Shown in pieces: positions 15,388-21,557 of a stretch of 21,557 bases of DNA. The number at the start of each line of letters is the position of its first letter. Within the stretch, counting starts at the first letter, position 1. The position numbers and the translations under genes were made by a program. The stretch is from a candidate division WOR-3 bacterium (GTDB lineage Bacteria; Hydrothermota; Tepidihabitantia; Tepidihabitantales; CAIPLT01), in assembly GCA_965649215.1 (NCBI GenBank), contig CBFGJZ010000010.1, positions 7,600-29,156 on the forward strand, in the 5' to 3' direction. Under the pieces are notes generated by a model. It ran no database searches. It was not told the origin of the DNA and saw only the letters and a list, made by a program, of their open reading frames with translations.

Positions 15388-16590
15388 TTATTCCTCTGGT
15401 ATTGGTAAAGTGCAACGAGTCGGTTTATCCACTCGATAACCTAAGGCATAATCTGCTTGCATTAATTTGTGAATCTCGCGCGAACCCTCATAAATTACCG
15501 CACCCTTACAATTACGATAAAACCGTTCAACCGGATATTCATCTGAATAACCATACGCTCCATAAATTTGTACTGCATGCGAAGCCGCTCGTTCCGACGC
15601 ATCACAGGCATACATTTTGGCAAGAGAAGTCTCTTTCGTGCTTCGCAGCCCTTTATTCTTACACCAGCCTGCTTTTAAATTTAGCAATTTAGCGCATTCA
15701 TATCCTGTCACCATCTCGGCAATCATCTCTTTTATCAATTGATGTTTACCAATAACATCACCAAAAGTTTTTCGCTCATTAGCATATTTAACCGAATGGT
15801 CTAAACAAGCTCTGATTAAACCCGTTGCCCCCCAACCTACTGTGTAGCGACCTTGGTCTAAAGCAAACATGGCGATTTTAAACCCTTCTCCTTCTTGACC
15901 AAGCATATTTTCTTTTGGCACTCGCACATCGGAAAGTGAAATTGATCCAGTATTGCCGGCTCGAATACCTAATTTACCATGAATCGTTGCAGTCGTTAAA
16001 CCCGGCATTCCGCGTTCGACGATAAAACAACTAATTCCTGAATGGTCTCGTTTTTTACGTTTTTCAGGGTCCGTCCAGGCAAAAATCAAGAAATTATCCG
16101 CAACATCAGCTAAAGAAATCCACATCTTTTCACCATTTAATACCCAATAATCGCCATCTTTTGTAGCTTTGGTTTCGATTGCTACGACATCACTGCCCGC
16201 ATTAGGTTCTGTTAGTCCAAACGTAGCAATTTTTTTGCCTTGGGCTTGAGGTACTAAATATTTCTGTTTTTGATCTTCGTTACCCCAGGAAAGTATTGTT
16301 AACGAATTTAATCCAATATGGACTGATAAAATAACTCGTAGCGAAGTATCAACATATTCTAACTCTTCGCAGGCCAATCCTAAAGAAATATAATCACCAC
16401 CGCTACCGCCATATTTAATTGGAATTGAAAGCCCTAATATCCCAAGTTCACCCATTTTGGTAAGAATTGATCTATCAAAATATGCCTTTTGATCATTTTC
16501 TCTAATTTTCGGGGCGACTTCTTTTTGGGCAAAATCACGAGCCAGTTTTTGAATCATTGTTTGTTCTTCAGTTAAACTAAAATCAATCAT
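15388..16590 (-). CDS. Acyl-CoA dehydrogenase
   Basis: FGLTEPNAGSD, LNGEKMWIS, KLGIRA..TG, G.GFKIAM..LD.GR and GAYGYSDEYPVERFYR......IYEGS; substrate cannot be determined. Confidence 0.96.
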   Translation of the reverse strand: MIDFSLTEEQTMIQKLARDFAQKEVAPKIRENDQKAYFDRSILTKMGELGILGLSIPIKYGGSGGDYISLGLACEELEYVDTSLRVILSVHIGLNSLTILSWGNEDQKQKYLVPQAQGKKIATFGLTEPNAGSDVVAIETKATKDGDYWVLNGEKMWISLADVADNFLIFAWTDPEKRKKRDHSGISCFIVERGMPGLTTATIHGKLGIRAGNTGSISLSDVRVPKENMLGQEGEGFKIAMFALDQGRYTVGWGATGLIRACLDHSVKYANERKTFGDVIGKHQLIKEMIAEMVTGYECAKLLNLKAGWCKNKGLRSTKETSLAKMYACDASERAASHAVQIYGAYGYSDEYPVERFYRNCKGAVIYEGSREIHKLMQADYALGYRVDKPTRCTLPIPEE

Positions 16591-17888
16591 TATAACTCCC
16601 TTCTAAAAGTTCTTCTAAAGATATAGTTTACTTTTTGTTTTAAATCTTTAAATGAAAAAAGCTCTTTAATTTCTCGGTCCGTAAATAAATTACCAACCTC
16701 TTGGTCGTTTAAGACAACATTACTTAAATATTCATTCTGTGCTTTGGCTTGAAATGCTAATTTTTGAGTTAAGGTATATGCTCGATCTCGCTCAACTCCT
16801 TTTTTAATGAGAGCAATCATTAGACTTTGTGAAAAAAACTGTTCTTTCGATTGGTCTAAATTTTCTCTCATCTTATCAACATTAACAATGAGGCCGGCTA
16901 AAACTTTATTCAGCTTGATCACCATATAATGGACCAAACTTGTTGCGGCTGGAATCGCAATTCGTTCGTTGGCCGAATTAGTCAAGTCTCGCTCGTGCCA
17001 TTGCACGATATTTTCTAATCCAATCTGAGTAAAACTTCTTATCATTCGTGCTAAACTACAAATTCGTTCACAGATAATCGGATTTTTTTTGTGTGGCATT
17101 GCCGACGAACCGCGTTGAGTTTTACCAAATGGCTCTGATAATTCATTAATTTCAGTCCGCTGCAGATTTCTGATTTCAGTAGCAATTCGTTCTAATCCTG
17201 ATGCTAAAATTGCTAAACTTGTTAGTAATTCAGCGTAACGGTCACGAGGAATAATTTGAGTCGAGACTGGTTCAGGTTTTAATCCGAGCTTCTTTAATGC
17301 CAATAACTCAACCTTGGGATTAATCTCATTGTAAGCACCGACTGCGCCAGATATTTTACCGTACTCAAGATTTTTCCTAGCGTTCTGTATTCTTATTATA
17401 TTCCGAACAATCTCCTGATGCCAAGAAAGACATTTTAAACCAAAGGTTATTGGTTGCGCATGCACACCATGGGTTCGGCCCATCATAACCGTATACTTAT
17501 GCTTGACCGCAAGTTTTTTGATTGTTTGGGCAAGCTCTTTTAGACCGTCCAGAATATAATTACACGCAATCAGACATCGCAACACCAAAGCAGTATCAAC
17601 AATATCATAAGAAGTCAATCCAAAATGCAAATACAAAGCATCTTTGCCTAATTGATTCTCAATTGACTTAAGAAAAGCAATTACATCGTGTTGAGTAAGT
17701 TTTTCAATTTCTTCAATTTCTTTAACATTAATTTTAACTCTCCTAAGTCGTGGGGCTAATGTTTTGGGAATAATGCCTAATTTGGCTTGAGCATCAGCAA
17801 CTGATTTTTCCACCAATAGCCAATACTTAAATTTCGTTTCTTCGTTCCATAATTCACCCATCTCAGGAGTAAAATATCGTTCAAGCAC
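16590..17888 (-). CDS. purB: Adenylosuccinate lyase
   Basis: MLERY, HDVIAF, HFGLTSYD, GRTHGVHA.P.TFG, STQIIPRDR and GSSAMPHKKNP; GTG start. Confidence 0.97.
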   Translation of the reverse strand: MLERYFTPEMGELWNEETKFKYWLLVEKSVADAQAKLGIIPKTLAPRLRRVKINVKEIEEIEKLTQHDVIAFLKSIENQLGKDALYLHFGLTSYDIVDTALVLRCLIACNYILDGLKELAQTIKKLAVKHKYTVMMGRTHGVHAQPITFGLKCLSWHQEIVRNIIRIQNARKNLEYGKISGAVGAYNEINPKVELLALKKLGLKPEPVSTQIIPRDRYAELLTSLAILASGLERIATEIRNLQRTEINELSEPFGKTQRGSSAMPHKKNPIICERICSLARMIRSFTQIGLENIVQWHERDLTNSANERIAIPAATSLVHYMVIKLNKVLAGLIVNVDKMRENLDQSKEQFFSQSLMIALIKKGVERDRAYTLTQKLAFQAKAQNEYLSNVVLNDQEVGNLFTDREIKELFSFKDLKQKVNYIFRRTFRREL

Positions 17889-17894
17889 AATGTT

Positions 17895-17922
17895 ATTATA
17901 TGGTGATTGCGCTAAAAGTCAA
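17895..17922 (-). promoter_or_regulatory. Putative sigma-70 promoter for the purB operon (leaderless geometry)
   Basis: TTGACT (17922-17917), 16 nt spacer, TATAAT (17900-17895), 6 nt, GTG (17888); no SD. Confidence 0.8.
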
Positions 17923-18068
17923 TCTTGGATTTTTTCTGCTAACAAAATACCCCTGTTGCTTCATTTGTCCGTGTTAAGTCATTACAAGCGATTATGTGAT
18001 AATCTCCTTGACTACTGAAAAATAAAAACAGAATTGTACTTAAATTAGGAAGTTAATAAATTATTGTT

Positions 18069-19253
18069 TTAGAACCGATAAAACATCCGAATTTGTTCAC
18101 CAAAACGATTAATCACTAAATCTAATTGATTTCTAACGGATTCGGTTAGCTTGGCAAAATCTTGAGCATTTTTCGGTCTCTGATTGTTTATTGATACGAT
18201 AATATCACCAGGATTAATGCTTAACACTGATGCTATTGAATTCTTTTCAACTTCTATAACAACTACCCCTTCTTCCGTATTTAAATTATATTTTTTCATT
18301 AAAGTAAAGTTATTGTCCGCAACTGTTAAACCGATTTTGGTTTTTATCTTCTCAATCTTGTCTTCGCTTACCATTTTCTTAACATTTTCTTTACTCGCTT
18401 GGATAAACCTTTTGACACTGTTAATCGGAATTGCAAAGCCAATGCCTTCAGACCCCCCGCTACGGGAAAAGATAAAAGTATTAATACCAATCACTTCGCC
18501 TAATGCATTTACCAGCGGTCCGCCTGAATTGCCGGGATTAATTGCGGCGTCGGTCTGAATCATGTTTTTAAACTCCCGCCCATCGCTTTGAGTAGATTTG
18601 AGGGTGCGGTTAAGCGCCGAGATCACGCCAACTGTTACTGATGGTTGAGCATCTTCTAATAAAAATCCGAATGGATTACCTAAAGCAATACACCATTCAC
18701 CGATCATTAAATCATCCGAATTACCTAAAGTAACATAGGGTAAATTTTTCCCTTTAATTTTAATTAACGCCAAATCGTGGGTACGATCAATGTCTACTAG
18801 TTCACCATCAAATTGTCTGGTATCGGGTAGGGTTATTTTTATTTTGGTAGCACCTTCAACAACGTGAGCATTCGTGATGATATCGCCTTCTTGATTAATA
18901 ATCACTCCCGATCCCAAACTCTGAATTTGCTCTTTATACTGGCGGGGTGGGAAAAAATCTCTAAAAAAATCATCCCAAAAACGATCCGCAAATGGACTCA
19001 TAAAAGGTGTCGTTCTGACTATTCTTTCTTGAATAACTGTAATTGAAACAACGGCAGGACTTACTTTGCGCGCGGCTATAACTATTGCGGTAGTACGCGA
19101 ATTTGTAATCTCACCCTGCAATGTGACGGGTATAATTTTTGCGCTATCAGGTGGGTAATCAATATAATGTTTTATTGGCCGATTTCTTAATACAATCAAA
19201 CTGCCTATTACAACAATCAAAGAGAAAACAATTATAAAAAGCTTTTTATTCAT
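18069..19253 (-). CDS. htrA: HtrA/DegP-family serine protease with N-terminal membrane anchor and one PDZ domain
   Basis: GSGVII, TNAHVV (His), DLALIKI (Asp) and IQTDAAINPGNSGGPL (Ser), plus a C-terminal PDZ (GVVV.EV..NS.A....INPGDII). Confidence 0.95.
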   Translation of the reverse strand: MNKKLFIIVFSLIVVIGSLIVLRNRPIKHYIDYPPDSAKIIPVTLQGEITNSRTTAIVIAARKVSPAVVSITVIQERIVRTTPFMSPFADRFWDDFFRDFFPPRQYKEQIQSLGSGVIINQEGDIITNAHVVEGATKIKITLPDTRQFDGELVDIDRTHDLALIKIKGKNLPYVTLGNSDDLMIGEWCIALGNPFGFLLEDAQPSVTVGVISALNRTLKSTQSDGREFKNMIQTDAAINPGNSGGPLVNALGEVIGINTFIFSRSGGSEGIGFAIPINSVKRFIQASKENVKKMVSEDKIEKIKTKIGLTVADNNFTLMKKYNLNTEEGVVVIEVEKNSIASVLSINPGDIIVSINNQRPKNAQDFAKLTESVRNQLDLVINRFGEQIRMFYRF

Positions 19254-19259
19254 AAAACA

Positions 19260-19288
19260 AGTATAACTTATGATAATTATTAAGTCAA
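19260..19288 (-). promoter_or_regulatory. Putative sigma-70 promoter for htrA (leaderless geometry)
   Basis: TTGACT (19288-19283), 17 nt spacer, TATACT (19265-19260), 6 nt, ATG (19253); no SD. Confidence 0.8.
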
Positions 19289-19343
19289 CTTATCGACTAT
19301 TTATATTAAATATCGTTATTCAATGCCTAATATTTTTGTAGGG

Positions 19344-19371
19344 TTGACAGAGGGGTATTATGTCTTATACT
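19344..19371 (+). promoter_or_regulatory. Putative sigma-70 promoter for flavodoxin-prfA-prmC
   Basis: TTGACA (19344-19349), 16 nt spacer, TATACT (19366-19371). Confidence 0.78.
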
Positions 19372-19401
19372 TTATTTATATTTTTGTTGTAGGGAGTAAT
19401 T

Positions 19402-19872
19402 ATGAGAATATTAGTTGTTTATTATTCACGGGATGGCCATACTCGGACAATCGCCCAGACATTAAGCACAATGCTACAATGCGATCGCGAAGAAATAATT
19501 GACTTAAAAAATCGGAAAGGTATTTTTGGTTGGCTTGCCGCTGGTTTTGATGCTTTTCGTAAAAGGTTGACAAAAATCCAGGAACCAAAATATGATCCAT
19601 CGGTTTATGATTTAATTGTAATTGGCACTCCTAACTGGGCTGGTATGCCCGCTCCGGCTATTAGAACATACTTAAATAATAATATCGGTAAAATTAAAAA
19701 TACTGCCTTTTTCTGTACTTTCGGAGGAAGTGATAGTGGTAAAGTTTTTGATGAACTTCAAGCCCTATGTCAGATTAAACCAAAAGCACTTTTAAGTGTG
19801 AAGGCTTCGGATGTAGAAAACAACACTTTTATGGATAAAATCCAGTCCTTTGTGCAGCAGATAAAAAGCTAA
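19402..19872 (+). CDS. Flavodoxin family protein
   Basis: ILVVYYSRDGHTRTIA (FMN phosphate loop), YDLIVIGTPNW and AFFCTFGGS; SD AGGGAG. Confidence 0.9.
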   Translation: MRILVVYYSRDGHTRTIAQTLSTMLQCDREEIIDLKNRKGIFGWLAAGFDAFRKRLTKIQEPKYDPSVYDLIVIGTPNWAGMPAPAIRTYLNNNIGKIKNTAFFCTFGGSDSGKVFDELQALCQIKPKALLSVKASDVENNTFMDKIQSFVQQIKS

Positions 19873-19895
19873 ACTTCAATCTAACCGATAACGAT

Positions 19896-20987
19896 ATGGA
19901 AGACTTTACTTCGCTCGAAGAATTAGAAAATCGTTTAGCACCATTGCATCAACGTCTTCAAGAAATTGAACGATTGTTGGCTACGCCGGCAGTATTATCT
20001 GATGCTCAACAAATGCAAAACTTAAGTAAGGAATATAAAGATATAAAGACAATTCTCCAAACTCTTCAAGCTTATAAATCAACTCTTAAAGAAATTAAAG
20101 AAACTAAAGATTTACAAGCAAGTAGTGATAGTGAAATTAAAGAATTAGCTGAAAAAGAACTGTTGGTGTTAGAAAAACGCCAAGCAGAATTAAAACATAA
20201 TCTTCTGTTTTATTTAGTCCCAAAAGATCCGTCTTGGCAATTACCTTGCGTAGTTGAAATACGCGCTGCGGCCGGCGGCGAAGAGGCAGCAATTTTTGCT
20301 GCTGATTTATTTCGTATGTATGTTAAATTTATAGAGAAGAAAAAATTAAATTATGAAGTTTTATCATCCCGTCCTAGTGATTTAGGTGGTTATAAAGAAA
20401 TTATCTTTTTAGTCGAAGGTGAGGATGCTTATCGTAATTTTCGTTTTGAAAGTGGTGTCCATCGGGTGCAGCGAGTACCTTTAACTGAAGCATCGGGTCG
20501 GTTGCACACTTCAACCGTTACTGTCGCGGTTTTACCAGAGCCCACGGAAATTGAGCTTAAAATTGACCCCCAAGATTTAAAGATTGAAGTTTTTCGAGCC
20601 GGTGGACACGGTGGTCAACATGTCAATGTAACGGATTCCGCAGTGCGGATAACACATATTCCAACTGGCATTGTAGTTTCTTGTCAGGATGAACGCAGTC
20701 AAATTAAAAATCGCAATAAGGCTATGAAAATTTTACGAGCGCGAGTATTAGAGCTTAAAAAGTCTGAGGAAGAAAAAAAATTAGGAGCTCAGCGTCGCAG
20801 TCAGATTGGCAGCGGTGAACGCTCAGAAAAAATTCGCACCTATAATTACCCACAAAATCGAGTCACCGACCATCGGATTGGCCTTTCCCTTCATAATCTC
20901 AATGAAATCATGGATGGCGAATTATCTTATCTTATCAATCCCTTGGAACAAGCTGAAATTAATAAATTATTACAATCAAAAAAATGA
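19896..20987 (+). CDS. prfA: Peptide chain release factor 1
   Basis: ESGVHRVQRVPLTE (PxT motif, RF1), GGHGGQHVN (GGQ) and RTYNYPQNRVTDHR; followed by prmC. Confidence 0.98.
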   Translation: MEDFTSLEELENRLAPLHQRLQEIERLLATPAVLSDAQQMQNLSKEYKDIKTILQTLQAYKSTLKEIKETKDLQASSDSEIKELAEKELLVLEKRQAELKHNLLFYLVPKDPSWQLPCVVEIRAAAGGEEAAIFAADLFRMYVKFIEKKKLNYEVLSSRPSDLGGYKEIIFLVEGEDAYRNFRFESGVHRVQRVPLTEASGRLHTSTVTVAVLPEPTEIELKIDPQDLKIEVFRAGGHGGQHVNVTDSAVRITHIPTGIVVSCQDERSQIKNRNKAMKILRARVLELKKSEEEKKLGAQRRSQIGSGERSEKIRTYNYPQNRVTDHRIGLSLHNLNEIMDGELSYLINPLEQAEINKLLQSKK

Positions 20988-21557
20988 TTATTACTGCTCG
21001 TCAGTTACTTAAACAAGCTGAGTCTTATTTTAATAACCGTAGTGATGCGGAATATTTTATCCAATCCCTTTTACAAAAACCACGATATCTCATCTATCAA
21101 GATATTCCAATTAATAAACCTGAGATTTTAACTCGTTACCATCAATTAATTAAAAGATACAAACCACATATGCCTATTGCTTATTTGGTTAAGAAAGCAT
21201 ATTTTATGAATTTTGAGTTATATGTCGATGGTCGAGTGTTGATTCCAAGACCCGAAACCGAATTACTTATTGAACAGACAACAGATTTATTAAGTCAATA
21301 TCAAATCAAACCAAAAACAATCTTAGACCTCGGAACAGGTTCAGGCAATATCGCAATTGCTTTAGCGAAAATCTATCCCCAATCCAAAATTATTGCTACG
21401 GATATATCGGAAGATGCCTTGGCAGTAAGTGAAATCAACATAAAAAAATATCACTTATCACAGCAGATAAGACTTATCAAATCAAATCTCTTTTCTGGTC
21501 TCAACACAAAATTTGATTTAATAATTTCTAATCCGCCTTACCTTGATAATAAAGAAA
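20984..21557 (+). CDS. prmC: Release factor glutamine methyltransferase PrmC/HemK (3'-truncated by the window end)
   Basis: Not in the ORF track. ATGA overlap with the prfA stop. Translation MIITARQLLKQAESYF...PIAYL...VLIPRPETELL...ILDLGTGSGNIAIALA...ISNPPY. Confidence 0.96.
   Translation, partial: MIITARQLLKQAESYFNNRSDAEYFIQSLLQKPRYLIYQDIPINKPEILTRYHQLIKRYKPHMPIAYLVKKAYFMNFELYVDGRVLIPRPETELLIEQTTDLLSQYQIKPKTILDLGTGSGNIAIALAKIYPQSKIIATDISEDALAVSEINIKKYHLSQQIRLIKSNLFSGLNTKFDLIISNPPYLDNKE

Noticed and set aside
13703-15692. ORFs 13703-13888 and 15402-15692 (+)
   Set aside because: Antisense to the permease and the acyl-CoA dehydrogenase.
17947-17985. Possible third, truncated copy of the repeat (ATACCCCTGTTGCTT..., also similar to ATACCTGTTGCTT near 12789)
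   Set aside because: Lacks the GGGG half of the core, and the match is too short and AT-rich to support by eye; worth retesting with a profile search.
18008-18040. TTGACT on + as a promoter antisense to htrA
   Set aside because: No TANNNT box at 16-18 nt spacing.
18184-21012. ORFs 18184-18558, 18864-19046, 19400-19600 and 20806-21012
   Set aside because: Antisense or out-of-frame overlaps of htrA, flavodoxin and prfA, with no independent support.
1-21557. CRISPR array, tRNA/rRNA, IS element, programmed frameshift or stop-codon reassignment
   Set aside because: No regularly spaced repeats, cloverleaf or transposase motifs were seen. All recognised genes are uninterrupted, and TAA, TAG and TGA all end conserved proteins at expected positions.

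Overview
Low-GC bacterial chromosomal segment, standard genetic code, mostly housekeeping genes. In order: partial ECF sigma factor, membrane-anchored FMN-binding (flavinylated) protein, crt-thiolase-tsaE, folE2 with a TPR lipoprotein and a class I glutamine amidotransferase, the rplM-rpsI-rpsB-tsf-pyrH-frr-uppS-cdsA operon, asnA, usp, an ArsB/NhaD-type transporter, a RibD-C reductase, a 62-aa small protein, acyl-CoA dehydrogenase, purB, htrA, flavodoxin, prfA and partial prmC. No rRNA, tRNA, CRISPR array or transposase was seen. The most unusual signals are non-coding. (i) A diverged intergenic element occurs twice in inverted orientation (929-1033 and 12900-13005, ~73% identical by manual alignment, weaker colinear similarity over ~270 nt). 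It has a GGGG-TATAAT-CCCC core and a positionally conserved 17-codon micro-ORF. (ii) Three genes (folE2, purB, htrA) share an exact leaderless promoter geometry. (iii) Promoter spacers are biased to 16 bp. (iv) pyrH probably starts at AUU. (v) The 62-aa protein looks Sm/LSm-like. All alignments and counts were done by eye and no database searches were run.
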